A DNA stretch of 64,000 nt. Origin: Cetorhinus maximus (taxonomy: Eukaryota). The first letter of the stretch is position 1; the number at the start of each line of letters is the position of its first letter. A model generated the notes under the pieces. It saw only the letters and a list, made by a program, of their open reading frames with translations. It was not told the DNA's origin and did no database searches. Below are positions 11,410 to 24,798 of this stretch, piece by piece. The DNA lies in contig NC_135899.1 in the NCBI RefSeq assembly GCF_964194155.1, positions 10,230,001 to 10,294,000 of the forward strand. Direction: 5' to 3'. Position numbers and translations under genes: made by a program.

Positions 11410-14400
11410 CAAAAGCAAATACCACAGATGCTGCAGGTCTGAGATACAAACAGAAAATGCTGGAGGTATTATTTCGTCATGTGTTAACAAAAACCTGTTT
11501 CTCGAGCTCTTTCCTTAGCAACTGTCTCTGGCTCCATCTACACCATGTGGATTCAAATTGAGATTCCTTCCTCTGTGTTTGGGATCTATCCAGCATTATG
11601 GATATCTCTCAGACATTCAGACTTTCTCGAACTGATGTTCTCCCCACATCATAAGATCATGTCATGTGTCTCAATGTCATGTGTCACCATGTGCACACTC
11701 TCAATGTTTCGATGAAGAAGCACTGACTCATTCTAACTCAAAGGTGTCCTACTCCACTGTTTCATTTTATCCTGCCTCATTCAGACGTTGACCATGTTTT
11801 TTTTAAATATTCCATTTAGGTGAGAAGGATCATAATGTTCTCCACCTTATGGATACACACCCTCCGGATTATTCCTTCACTTCCCTTCCCTCTGACATTA
11901 CTTCCCCTTTGACTCTCACCACTTACCAGGGATTCACAATACAATCTGACCTTACTCTCTCTGACACTGAACGAGCTGTCAAAGGCCTCAGTGTCATCTC
12001 TGTACATTCTCAACTCTATTAATTTCGAACTCAGCAACACATTAAGCTCTTCTTCAATTGTCTCTGCTTCCTTGCTCACTTATTTTGTCTGGAGAGTTCC
12101 TGCCAGTCAGCGGACCAATCTACCCATCCAATGTTCTCCCTCCACTTGGACCCGGCTCTCTGGCCTCTTATCTTCTCCAGATCTTTTCATTGACAACTGC
12201 TGACGTGACATCACTTTCACTCAACGTATCTCCCTCTGAAATTGCAGCACTCCCTTCTGTCAAATCCGTTCATAACATGGTCATTAAACCTGTTGACAAG
12301 TGTGATGCAGATGTTGTCTGACATGCTGGCCTCTACCAACAGAAGTAAAATGACAACTTTATGGCACTTCTTCCTACCTCCTTGGGCCATGATTCCACTA
12401 CCAAGCATCAAACCAATGTAGCTAGAATGTCACTGACCTCATCTCCTCAGGAGATCTTCCCTGCACATCTCCAAACTCATAGTGCCCCAAGACGGAATAG
12501 CCCACCTCTACCTTCAAAATCCAGAACAGGATTGCCCTGCTTAATCTATTGTTTCAGCCTGTTCCTGCCACACTGAACATATTTCTTCCTATTTTGAATC
12601 GATTCTTTCTCCCCCTTCCCTGTTTCCTATTACTTACATTGTGACTTTTCCATTTTCCTTAGATCGCTTCAGCAGTTTCCAGTTTCCTGAGCCCAACCAA
12701 CTCTTTCTTTGACCATGAATGTCCAATCCGTCTACATGTCCGTTCCCCACCTGGATGGTTGTAGTAATATTTTTTACCCTTCTCTTCATCTCACACCAGT
12801 ACACAGTTATTTGCTTGAATGTTTTTATGCATTGATAAGTTATTAAAACAATAACCTGATATAATCACAATGTCAACAGCAGAAAATGTACTTCATACAT
12901 CCTCTTGTTCCTGGAACGGGGGCCTAAGCAATCCGCATCCGCAACTGCCCTCCTCCACTTGGCTGAAGCTATCACATTGAGCAAATATTGCTTCAACTCC
13001 AATGATTTCATGCTAATAAAAGGTGTTTCCATGTGTCCCAGATATGTCTGACTTTTTGTGGGGTATGTCCAACACTCCTTGCTCCAATCCTACACATTCA
13101 CTCAATCCTTTTTTTTTGGTGTATTGACTAATTTATCAGCGCTGCTCCCTGAACCAGAAAATGTAATTGGCTTTGATGTGACTTTCCACCCATTTCTCAC
13201 CATCACCTGGTCCATCTCCTCCCTTCCCTTCCTCGACTTTCCTGTCTCCATTTCTGGGGACATGCTGTCAACAATATTCATGATAAACCCACTGACTCCC
13301 ACAACTAACTTGACTACAATTCCTCAGATCCCACTTCCTGTTAGTACTCTGCTCCATTTTCCCAGTTTCTCCATTACACCTGTTCAGGCAATGCAACTCT
13401 GCATAATAGCACTTCCAATAACAACTGAGAATTCCCTCCCACTGTGATTGTTAGGTCCCTCCACCTTGCCTGATCTATTTCCAGCGCGTCTGTTCTAAAC
13501 CCTTTCTCTCTCTCTCCCAACAATGATTGAGTCGTCATCTTCCACCCCACCAGCCTACACATTCAACAGATCAACCTCTGTCATTTCAACCATCTCCAAC
13601 ATGACACCATCACCTGACCTCGTCTTTCAGCATTTCAAAGGGACTGTTCGCTCTGCAATACCCTGGTTTCCTTCTCTGTCACCAACAACACACTCTCCAT
13701 TTCTTGAAGGACCTTTCTATTCAAGCACAGGAAATGCTTCACGTGCTCCTTTACCTCATTGATTCTCACGATCAAAAGCCGCAAATATTCCTTCCACTGA
13801 AGCAATGATTTGCTTGTACTTTTTTCAATTTAGTATGCTGTGTTTCTTGCTCACGATGCAGCATCCTCTACATTCTACAAAGTAAAATGATTTGCGGAAG
13901 AATTCCATTCAGTCCGCAAGAATGACTCTGAGCTTCCTATTGCTTGTCATTTTATTTCTCCACCTTGCGCCCTCTGGCCGTTCTGCCCTTGGCTAGCTAC
14001 AGTGTTCCAATGAAGTTTAACACTTGCTCGAGTAACATCACCTCATCTTTTGACTACACACTCTACTGCAACACTGAGTGAAACAATTTTAGATCATAAC
14101 ATCTGCCTCCATTTCATATCTTTGATTATCTATTTAATTTGCAGATTGCTGCTATCCCAACATCCACGTCCAATTTGAACACATCTTTTGCTTCTTTACC
14201 CATTACCACAAAACCTTTTGTCACTTCATCTCTCCAATCTTTGACCCCATCGCAAAACTCTTTGATCCCCCCTAGAACTTGCACTTACTTAAACTTATTA
14301 CATTTTTAATTTTAATAAAAGTAGAAAGTGTGCAAAATGCTCTGTATATTCAGCAGCACTTATGGAGAGGGAAAGAGTTAACATTTTCAGAAGAAGAATC

Positions 14401-14620
14401 ATATTCGACTGAAACATTAACTCACCATGATGTGCTGAGTATTTGCAGTATTTTCTGTTTTTATTTTGAGCATCTACAGTACTTTACTTTTATTTTACCA
14501 TTCTATCTATTTTCATTCCCGATGAAGGGTCACCATGGACCTGAAACATTATTCTGTTCCTCTCCACAAATGTTGCCTGATTTGCTGAGTATTTCAAGTA
14601 TTTTGTATTTTGTATTTCAG
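11410..14620 (+). mobile_element. Near full-length, heavily decayed Penelope-like retroelement (RT + GIY-YIG)
   Basis: Remnants of KI..CP..IVSACSC.TE (~12520-12580), TM.VQS.Y..VPH (~12710-12750), KGV.M..P.Y..LFVGY (~13020-13070), GIY-YIG (~13820-14090); inverted pLTR piece at ~11410-11465 and pLTR/hammerhead remnants at 14320-14620. Confidence 0.8.
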
Positions 14621-14754
14621 AATTCTCCCGATGCCATGGCTCATATTAATTCCTTGATCAGTACAGAAAAAAATAGATGTTCTGCTTCTTTATTTCATTG
14701 CTGTTTGTGAGAGCTTACTGTGCTCAAATTGGCTGATATACATTGCAACAGTGA

Positions 14755-15958
14755 TGTTAGGAACTAAAGATAGATGTTAGTAAATTATGTGGCTATTTGT
14801 ATGTGTTAGGAGTAAGCTATAGCTGTAAGTTTATTTATTTTTCTTTGTGGGAAAAAAGGTGAAACCTCGGCCTAATTTCATTTAAGAGTGGAGCCAGCAG
14901 GGCCAGAGCTTTGTTTCTATACCTGCATTTTAATGAGGTTTTACGACCCTTGAATTGGATTAGGAAAGTTAAAACATAGTAGAAAATTTGTGCTGTTGCC
15001 TCGCAACAGAAGGCCCACAGAGAGACTGGGAGAAACAGAAAGCAGTTAAAGTTCAGTTGGTTTGTGAATACCACAAGGTGAAGACAGAAAGACCTCAGAA
15101 CAAAAAAGAAATGTTGAAAAATCAGGGAGTGGGCCAAGAAGGCTTTCTCGTCAAAGAAAAAGAAGAGGGGTCTGAAAAAGGTCCTTTTCAGCTTAGTTAA
15201 AGTAAGGCGCATAAAAACGGCTCCAAATTAAAGAGACAGAGCTGCAGGAAGCAGACTTAAAGCTTGAAGCCAGAAGATCCGAGGAGACAGCCAAAGGGAG
15301 GTGACTCCTTACTAAGAGCCTGTGAAGCAGTGGTGTTCTGTTTGCATGGCGGAGTATCTGGGAGAATGTGTGGAAGGCAAAGCTTTAATGCACATTGTGA
15401 TCAAAGGGAGAGGAACATTGAAAGGAGAGATTGAAACCCCGGGGTGTTGATCCTTGTTGAAGATGTGTCAGAGAAATTATCATTTGAAAGAAGATTCCAA
15501 GGTGAGTCTTCGAGTGTAGAGATTGCAAACCCTCATGTGATAGACAGAGTTTCAGTGAGACCTGTTAGCTCACAGTGTGACCAGTATCTGCTGGGAGTTG
15601 ATGTGAGATCAATAGAATCTCCTTTGGGTGGCATCTGTCACTTAGCTTCAGAGTGTGGTGTGCCTGACCATTAGTCACCTATTGATTTACATGGATTGTA
15701 AACTTACTGTGAACATTAGAGTATCAGATGGATTTTGTAACTTGTACCAAAGTTAAAACTCTGTATATGTGTGAAAGCTATGACTGTGGCTCAAGGAGTA
15801 GTGCAATATAGTAACCTGTGCTTGTTTAATAAATGTTTTAATCTTATGTTAAAATTTTGTGAGCAGACTCTGTGACTCTGTTCAGAAGCCGCCCTCCACG
15901 TTTCTAAACAAACATTGTAAGTTCGGAGCTATCAAGCGAGGTTCCATCCAGGGATTGG
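14755..15958 (+). mobile_element. Solo LTR inserted into a Deu-type SINE tail
   Basis: Starts TGTTAGG; 4-bp TSD GTGA at 14751-14754 and 15959-15962; SINE tail continuous across it (caacagtga|ctatatttcaaaagta); AATAAA ~15828; terminal CA missing. Confidence 0.72.
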
Positions 15959-16057
15959 GTGACTATATTTCAAAAGTATTTCGCGCGTTCTAAAGCGCTT
16001 CTGGATGACTCGGCATCATGAATGGTACTATATAACTAGTCTTCATTTTCCTTCCAG

Positions 16058-16396
16058 CATTTTTTAACCTTTATTCATGGGATGTGGGCATCGCTGGCTG
16101 GGCGAGCATTTATTGCCCATTCCTAATTGCCCTTGTTCAGTGGGCATTTAAAAGCCTACCACATTGCTGTGGATCTGGAGTCACGTGTAGGTCGGATTTC
16201 CTTCTCTAAATGGATTAGGTAACCAGATGGGTTTTTAGGCAGTGGTGTCATGGTCATTCATTTTATTCCAGATTTTTTTCTTTGAATGCAAATGTCATCT
16301 TGTGCCGTGGTGGGATTCGAACGCCAACGCCGGCGCAACACCCTGGGTCTCTGGAATACCAGCCCAGAGATAATATCACTATGCCTCTGCCTCCCC
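16058..16396 (-). mobile_element. tRNA-derived SINE made of the head and 3' tail of the tRNA-headed LINE
   Basis: A/B boxes at ~16310-16385 and tail gggcaattaggaatgggcaataaatgct...gatgcccacatccc matching LINE end 45850-45900. Confidence 0.85.
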
Positions 16397-16841
16397 ACTT
16401 AGCCCAGTCGAACTTGACCTAAATATCTCGGCACCTGTTATCGAAAATAACTCATTGACATTTCTGGCTCTTTCTGCTTTAAGGTGAGAGGCTGCAATCA
16501 TTAACAGAATTCAGTTTATGTTTCTGGACCTGACGCCGTGTTTGTACTTGACAGCGAGTTCCCCTGAAGCAAGTGCAATGAAATATCGATCTGCCGATTT
16601 CCGCCTCCTCCCTCCCCCTTCTCTCCCTTCTCCCATTACCAACGCTCCATGAAACTTTACCCTCTCTGACAGCGTTCGGCCATTCTTTACCATACTCCAC
16701 ACCCGTGTATCTTTCATACCGCCTTGTGTCTTGTTTGTCCACGTGAATGCCGACCGGGCACAGACTAGTATATACTAATAATTCCCTTTGTATTGTAATG
16801 ACCTTCGTCGGCAGATCCATGAACTGAAGGTGTGCAGCACC

Positions 16842-16862
16842 TGAGTCAGATCGAAACTGAAA
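16842..16862 (+). promoter_or_regulatory. AP-1/IRF composite element (AICE1) overlapping an ISRE-like site upstream of TRIM ATG
   Basis: TGAGTCA-GATC-GAAACTGAAA, 33 bp upstream of ATG 16895 in a CpG-enriched unique stretch. Confidence 0.55.
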
Positions 16863-16894
16863 TCGGGTTGAATCAGCAAATGCCGAATGTGAAC

Positions 16895-17302
16895 ATGGAT
16901 TCCAGAGAGTAGGGAGAGAATTTCACAGAGGATTTAAATTGTCCCATTTGTCTTGATTTCTTCACCCATCCGGTAATACTGGATTGTGGACACAACTTCT
17001 GCCGCTCCTGTATCACCCAGTGTTGGGAAAAGGAGATAAACTCCTGCCCGGAATGTAGAGAGCAGTTTCCAGAAATCAACCTCAGGGTAAATCGGGCCTT
17101 AGCGAATCTGGCTGAGAAAGCTCGGAAATTAAAGCTGAATCCGAAAGAGAAGGAAAGTAAACTTCACTGTGAGGAACACCAGGAAGAACTGAAGCTGTTT
17201 TGTGAAACTAACAAGAAATGGATCTGTCTGATTTGTGGAGATTCGCGGGAACACAGAGAGCACCGCTTCCTGCCGATCGATGAAGCTGTTGAAATCTACA
17301 AG
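16895..17302 (+). pseudogene. TRIM copy 1 exon 1 (RING + B-box2)
   Basis: [43 protein letters not shown]...CPECR...HCEEHQEELKLFC...CLIC..SREHREH...AVEIYK|gt; stop TAG 16910-16912. Confidence 0.95.
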
Positions 17303-17392
17303 GTAAAAGGGAAAATATTTTACAGGCTGATTATTTTGCGAGATTCTTACGGTTTCACTATTTTATTCTGGTATTTTCTCCCTAAATCTCTG

Positions 17393-17488
17393 GATCGACT
17401 GAAATTGTCCTTATTTTCTGTCACACGGAAGAAATCAGAGATTCTAGAAACGGAACTGAAACAGAAGCGGAAGATTTCGGAAGTTAGG
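17393..17488 (+). pseudogene. TRIM copy 1 exon 2 (coiled coil, 96 bp)
   Basis: DRLKLSLFSVTRKKSEILETELKQKRKISEVR|gtaag; acceptor reads TG (17391-17392) instead of AG. Confidence 0.88.
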
Positions 17489-17579
17489 GTAAGGTCCCTG
17501 TGCTGATTTTCCGGCATCTCGCTTAGTCTAGTTCCCTTTATCGCGGGGCATTAATTATGTTTCACATTTCATTTGTTAG

Positions 17580-17813
17580 AAACAATCGAGCAGTCTGCAG
17601 ACCCGCATAACATCCGAGTTCACTAAAATGCACCAGGTTCTCACTGAGAAAGAGCAGCGTTTACTCAGAGATCTCAGGGAAGAGGAGGAGAGGATTCTGG
17701 AAACAATGGAGAAAAACTTTCGAGAGATTCAGAAGAATTTAAATTCGATTGAGGAGAAGCTCTCAAATTTGCATAAACAGTTGGAGCAAAAAGACGAGCT
17801 GATATTTCTGAAG
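17580..17813 (+). pseudogene. TRIM copy 1 exon 3 (coiled coil, 234 bp)
   Basis: ag|KQSSSLQTRITSEFTKMHQVLTEKEQRLLRDLREEEERILETMEKN...DELIFLK|gtgag. Confidence 0.93.
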
Positions 17814-18334
17814 GTGAGCGAACAGATTGAGGGTCGGTTCAGTCAGTGCAACTTCACACAGTCAGATAAAGTCTGCGGATAAGAGTGAAATAAATGTAGT
17901 AGATACTAAAAAAAAGTTATGGAACTGAACTGAATTCATGTCTATTCCGGTCGATTCTGCAGTTGTCGCCAAACTGTCCTATTCCCACACTGTCTGCAGA
18001 ATCCCTGGAAAACCTGCAATCTCCCGGGAATGAGTTGTCGCGATTTTTATATTTAGTTTCCAACTATTTCCGTGTTGCCCCTGATTAATTTTCTGCTCGA
18101 ACTTCCAGCTCCAGACGAGTGTGTGGTATAGTGATACTTGAGAGTCACTGTGTTTGTGACAGGGACTGACTTTGAGTTCCAGTGTGTGACACAAAGTTTA
18201 GATTTAAAAACATAATCCTATCAGCAATGCACAGGGTGACAAGTCGGCTTATCTTGCCTGTGCTGATTTAGTGGAAAAGTTATCAAATTCGTCATACCCT
18301 GCTCTTTCCCCCGATAGAGGTGAACGTTTCACTC

Positions 18335-18745
18335 GGTGGAGTAGGCTTGGCCTCTACTCATTGGAATTTAGAAGAATAAGAGGCGACCTAATTGAAACAT
18401 AAAGGATTCTTAGGGGGCTTGACAGGGTAGATGCTGAGAGGTTGTTTCCCCTTTAAGACCAGAAGGCGTAAGGGGTCGCCCATTTAAGACAGAGATGAGG
18501 AGGAATTTCTTCCCTCAGAGGGAAGTGGACCTGTGGAATTTTTTACGGCAGAGGGTTGTGGAAGATGGGTCGTTAAGTATATTCAGGGCTGAGATAGACA
18601 GATTTTTAATCAGTAAGGGAATCAAGGGTTATAGGAAAAGACAGGGAAGTGGGTTATCAGATTAGCCATGATCTCATTGCATGGCGGGGCAGGCTCGATG
18701 GACCGAATGGCCTACTTTTGCTCCTACGTCTTATGGTCTGATGGT
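18335..18745 (+). mobile_element. CR1 LINE 3' fragment in TRIM intron 3
   Basis: GLYSLEFRRIRGDLIET motif and 3' UTR. Confidence 0.85.
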
Positions 18746-19178
18746 CTAATGGGTGGGGACAATTTATATATATATATACACACACAAATCTCTGCTTTCA
18801 CTCTGCAAATTCCAGATCATCAAACGTCATTGGTGATAGAACACTTTCCCTTTTTTTCAATCATCCTGACGATTTATGCATGTCGTCTCCATAGTCTCTC
18901 TATCCCCGCACTGCCTATAACACTCCACCACTTACTATATATTGCCTCTCCTTATTCGCCCATCAAAATGCATTTCTATGCACTTAACGTGTTAAATCTC
19001 ATCTGCTGTGTCTGGTTACTTAACCAGCCCGTCTGTATCCTCCTGGGAAAAAAAGGTAGGGCAGTGGGGCTAGTTGACTTCCTGTTGCGAAGAGCGAGCA
19101 CGGACACGGCGGGACGAATGGCCTCTTACCCTATGATTTTGTATTTCATCCTCACTTTGATTGTTTTACTTATTTCAG

Positions 19179-19201
19179 AAGGAAACCTGTTCGAAGAGAA
19201 G
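19179..19201 (+). pseudogene. TRIM copy 1 exon 4 (23 bp)
   Basis: tttcag|AAGGAAACCTGTTCGAAGAGAAG|gtagg; paralogous exon at 39842-39864. Confidence 0.85.
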
Positions 19202-20155
19202 GTAGGAATTGCGCTTTTCTGAAACTCCGCACAGTTGGTAAAATGTTATGGTTGTTCGCAGAATTTTTTCCCGGTTACCATCACAGGATTGGACCCGATT
19301 TTCAATCGCACAAAAGCTATTCACTTACACAGTGTTAAAATTAGACGCCATTAAAGGGTTGTTAGTCAATGACAAATCTGCAATATAGCTCAGGCACAAG
19401 TTTTTTTTCAGTAACAACTTTAATTGCAGTGGTTTAACAGTATTAGATTTTATGGAATCGGTTTACGGTACAGAAAGAGGCCACTTGGCTGATCGAGTCT
19501 GTGCCGGCCGAAAAACGAGCCACCCAGCCTAATCCCACTTTCCCGCATTTCGTCCGGAGCCCTGCAGGCTACGTCACTTTGGGCCCAGACAGTTTTTAAA
19601 TGAGTTACGGGTTTCCGCCTCTACTGCCCTTTCAGGCAGTGAGCTCCAGCCCCCCACAACCCCCTGGGTGAAAATGTATTTCCTCATCTCCCCTCTAATC
19701 TTTCTACCAATCATTTTAAATCTTTGGCCCCTGGTCACCGACATCTCTACTAAGATAAATAGGCCCTTCCGATCTACTCTATTCAGGCCCCTCACGATTT
19801 TCTTACATCTCAATCAAATCTCGCCTCAGCCTCCTCTGTTCCAAGGAGAACAAACCCAGCCTATGCAACCTTTCCTCAAGGATGCAATTTTCTAGTCCTG
19901 GCAACATCCTGGCAATTTCCTCTGCACCCTCTCTAATGTAATTATATCCCTTCTGTAATGAGGTGACCAGAACTGCATACAGTACTTAAGTTGTGGTTTA
20001 ATTAATGTTTTATACAGTTGTGGCTTAACTAATATTTTATATAGTTCAAGCATAACGTTCCTACTCTTATATTCTATGGTTGGCTCATAAGAAAGGATTC
20101 CATATGCCTTCTTAACTACCTGATTGACCTGCTGCTACTTTCAACAATCTGTGGA

Positions 20156-20301
20156 GGTGTCAGCTGTGGCTCAGTCCATAGCACCCTCGCCTTTGAATCA
20201 GAAGGTTGTGGGTTCATGTCCCACTCCTAGAAACCAAGAACTGTGTTTGTACTCAAAAGAGTTGCAATCTGTGACTGTTGATAACTGGAATGAATTTTTT
20301 T
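20156..20301 (+). mobile_element. Short tRNA-derived SINE/retrocopy ending in oligo-T
   Basis: A box TGGCTCAGT, B box GGTTCATGTCC, T-run at end; ~17-bp TSD tttcaRcaatctgtgga at 20139-20155 and 20302-20318. Confidence 0.78.
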
Positions 20302-21839
20302 TTTCAGCAATCTGTGGACATTCACTCCAAGGTCCCTCACTTCCTTTACACCTCTCATTATACTCCCATTTGTTGTGTAACTCTTGTTTGATCTCTCCAA
20401 GTGCCTCACCTCACACTTCTTTGGGTTGAATTTATTTACCACTTTCCTGCCCACCTAACCAGTCCATTGATATCTCCCTGCAGTCTACAGATATCCTCCT
20501 TGCTATTCCTGTGCAGCCAACTGTTATGTCGTCTGCAAACCTCTTGATCATTCCCTCTTCATTTATGTCCAAATCATTAATATGCACCACAAAAAGCAGG
20601 GGACTTAGCACTGACCCCTGCGGAACCCCACTGGATCAATCTTCCTCCCACAGAAACACCCATCAACAATTACCCTTTGTTTCCTGTCACTGATCCACTT
20701 TTGTATCCAGCTTGCTCAATTTCCCTGGATCCCATGGGCTTTTATTTTTTTAAGCAGTCTGCCATTTGTGACCTTGTCAAACACCCATGCTAAAACCCAA
20801 GTAGACCACATCAGCTGCACTATCCTCATTAATTCTCCTTGTTACTGCGCCAAATTAGTCAGAAAAGAACTTCCCTTAAAATGCAACCCGTCTGTCCTTG
20901 ATTATCCCTGCCTTTCTAAGTGACAGTTTATCTTGTCCATCAGAATTGATTCCAATAATTTTCGCACGACTGAGATCAGAAGGACTGGACTGTAATTACT
21001 TGGCCTATCCCCTGGACATTTTTGAACAAAAGTACAAGGTTAGCAGACATCCAGGCCACTGCCGCCACACCTGTATACAGAGAGAATTAAAAATTATAGT
21101 CTCTGCTATTTCCTCCCTGGCTTCTTTTAACAGCCTGGGGTACATTTCATCCGGCCCTGGTGATTCACCCACTTTCAAAAACGCTAATCCCTTTAATACT
21201 TCCTCTCTCCCAATGTTTATCACATCCAATACTTCACAGTCCTCCTCCTTAACTACAATGTCTGCATTGCCCCCCGCCTTTTGTGAAGGCAGATGCAAAG
21301 TATTCATTGAGAACCATACCCACATCCACACATGGGTTACCCTCTTGGTCTTTTAGGGTCCTAATGTTTCATTTGCTATCCTATTACCCTTAATGTATTA
21401 ATAAGATATCTTTGGACTCTCCTTGATTTTTGTCACCAATATTCTTTTATGTCCTCTCTTTGCTTTCCTAATTTCCTTCTTGATTTCACCCTTCCACTCT
21501 CTATATTCCTCTAGGTTATCTGTCACATTGAGTGCTTGTGTCTGACAAAACCTTGCCTTTCCTCTCTTATCTCACCTTGTAAGCACCTTGACACCCAGAG
21601 GAGTCGAGACTTGACTGTTCCGCCCTTTTCCTTTGTGGGAGCAGAACCCCTTGAATCTACACTCTGAATGCCTTCCATTGCTCTGACACTTGTCATGAAC
21701 ACTTTAATCACAGAAATTTGTTCATCTCTATCGCCTTAGGCCATTCTGGACGAATTTGTGTTTTGAAAGACACTACCCCTTAAAGTGCAGGGCAATCAAG
21801 GATAGAAACAAAGGAGAGACAGTTAAGCAGCAAAAGTGG

Positions 21840-24798
21840 AGGGCAGAGAAAACAAAAGCAACAAACAAATGGGATCAAAGTGCAAAATAAAACCAAGATG
21901 AATAACAAGGTTAAAAGGACACGCCGAAAGGCATTGTATCTTAATGCACGGACCATTGACAATAAGGAAGATGAATTCACAGCGCAAATAGTTATAAACG
22001 GTTATGACACCTTTGTAATTATGGAGACATGGCCGCAGGGTGACCAAGGATGAGAACTGAACATTCAGAGGTATTCAATATTTAGAAACGACAGACAAAT
22101 AGGGAAAGGAGGTGGGGTAGCATTTTTAGTAAAGGAGGAAATCAATGCATTAGTGAGGAAGGATATTGGCTCAGAAAATCATGATGTGGAATCTGCTTGG
22201 GTGGAGATAGGAAACACCAGGGTACAGAAAAAGTTGGTGGGGGTGTCTATAGACCCCAACAGTAATGAAGATGTAAGGGAAGGCACTGAGCAGGAATTTA
22301 GAGACGCATGCAATAAGGGTAAAACTGTAATCTCGGGTGACTTTAATCTATTTATAGATTGGACAAACCAAACTAACAATCATACCATGGAGGAAGATTT
22401 TGTGGAGTGTAGACGTGATGGTTTTTTAGATCAATACGTTGTTGAACCAACTAGAGAGCAGGCTATACTACATTGGGCATTGTGCAATGAGAAAGGATTA
22501 ATTAACAATTTTGTTGACAGGGTCCCTTGGGGAAGAGCGACCATAAAATGATAGAATTTTTTATTAGGATGGAGAGTGAAGAAGTTGAATCCGAAACTAG
22601 GATCCTGAAACCTAATAAAGAGAATTATGAGAGTATGAGGTGCAAGCTGGCAATGATGGACTGGGGAACCCTACTGAAAGAGTTGACAGTGGATAGGCAA
22701 TTGCTAACATTTAAGGAACATATACATGAATTGCAACAATTATTCATTAATTCCTGTGTGGCACAAAAGATATAATAAGAAAGGTGGCTCAACCATGGCT
22801 TCAAAAATAAATTAGTGATAGTATTAGACCCAAAGAGGAGACATATAAAATTGCCAGAAAAAGCAGCAAGCCTGAGGACTGGGAGCAGTTTAGAATTCAG
22901 AAAAAGTGGATAAAATTATTGATCAAGAAGGGGAAAATGGAATATGACAGCAAACCTGCAAGGAACATAAAAGCTGACTGTAAAAGCTTCTACAAATATG
23001 TGAAGAGAAAAAGATTAGCAAAGACAAATGTAGGCCCCTTACAGTCAGAAATAGGGGAAATTATAATGGGGAACAAAGAAATGGCAGAAGAATTGAACAC
23101 ATATTTTGGTCTATCTTCACAAAAGAGGACACAAATAATTCCCCAGAAGTGGTTCAATGAGAGGGAGGAGCTGAAGAAAATCAGTATTAGTAAAAAAAAA
23201 ATGGTGTTAGCGAAATTAATGGAGTGAAAAGCTGGAAAATGCCCAGGACCTGAAAATATACACCCTGGAGTACTAAAGGAAGTGGCCCTGGAAATATTGG
23301 ATGCATTGGTGGCCATCTTACAAGCTTCTACAGCCTCTGGAGCAGTTCCTACAGGTTGGAGGATGGTAACTGTAACCCTACCATTTAAAAAAGAGGGGGA
23401 GAAAAAATAATGAATTACAGACCATTTAGCCTAACCTCAGTAGTGGGGAAAATGCTACAGTGTTTTATAAAAGACGTGGTGACAGAACACTTGGAAAGCA
23501 TTAATGGGATTAGACAAAGTCAGCATGGGTTTATGAGAGGGAAATCATGCTTCACTAATCTACAGGTGGTTTTGAGGATGTAAATAGTAGAATAGATAAA
23601 AGAGAACCAATGGATGTGGCGTATTTGGATTTCAAGAAGGCTTTTGATAAAGTCCCACATAAGAGGCTAGCAGACAAAATTAAAGTTTATGGGATTAGGG
23701 CTAATATACTGGCATGGATTAAGCACTGGTTGACAGACCACATCATAGAGTGCGAATAAATTGGTATCAATGCATGTGCCCCAACTATTCATGATATATA
23801 CATAAGGTGGATGAGGTAACCAAATGCAATACTTCCAAGTTTGCTGACAACATCAAACTGGGCTTGCTTGTGCGTTGTGAGGAGGATGCAAGGAGGCTTC
23901 AGGGTGATTTAGAGAAGTTGTGTGTGTGGACAAACACATGGCAGATGCAGTATAACGTGGGTAAATGTGAAGTTTTACACTTCAGCATGAAAAACAGAAA
24001 GGCAGAGTATTATTTAAATGGTGATATATTGGAAAATGTAGATATAAAAATGGATATGGGTGCCCTTGTATACCAGTCAATGTAAGTAAATAGTCAGCTG
24101 CAGCAAGCAATTAGGAAGGCAAAGGGTATGTTGGCATCCGTTGCAGGAGGATTTGAGTTCAGAAGTAGGGATGTCTTACTGCAGTTATACAGGACCTTGG
24201 TGGGACCACACCTGGAGTATTGCCTGCAGTTTATGTCTCTCTACCTCAGAAGGGATACACTTACCATAGAGGGATTGCAGAAAAGGTTCCCTAGGCTGAT
24301 GCCGGGGATGGCAGGATTGTCGTATGAGGAGGGATTTTTTTGGACTGGGCCTGTATTCACTAGAGTTTAGAAAAATGAGAGGGGATCTCGTTGAAACGTA
24401 TAAAATTCTAACAAGTCTAGACAGACTGGATGCAGGGAGGACATTTCGCATGGTTGGTGGGGGGCAGGGGGCGGGGGGGGGGGGGGGGGGGGGTCTAAAA
24501 CCAGGGGCCACAGTCTCAGGATATTGGGCAGGTCATTTAGGACTGAGATGAGGAAAGATTTCTTCACTCAGAGGGTGGTCAACCTGTGGAATTGTCTACC
24601 ACAGAAGGTTGTGGAGGCAGGGTCACTGAGTATATTTAAGAAAGGTATCGATCAATTTTTGTATATTAGGGGCATCAATTAGTATGGAGAGAAAGCAGGA
24701 ATATGGCTTTGAGCTAGAGGATCAGTCAGGATCATGTTGAATGGTGGAGCAGGCTCGAACTTTGAATGGCCTACTCCTGCTCCCAGTTTCTATGTTTC
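21840..24798 (+). mobile_element. CR1 LINE, near full-length decayed ORF2
   Basis: ALYLNART, GDFNL, GKSDHKMIEF, YLDFKKAFDKVPH, KFADN, GPHLEYC, MRGDLVET motifs; tttctatgtttc tail. Confidence 0.92.
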
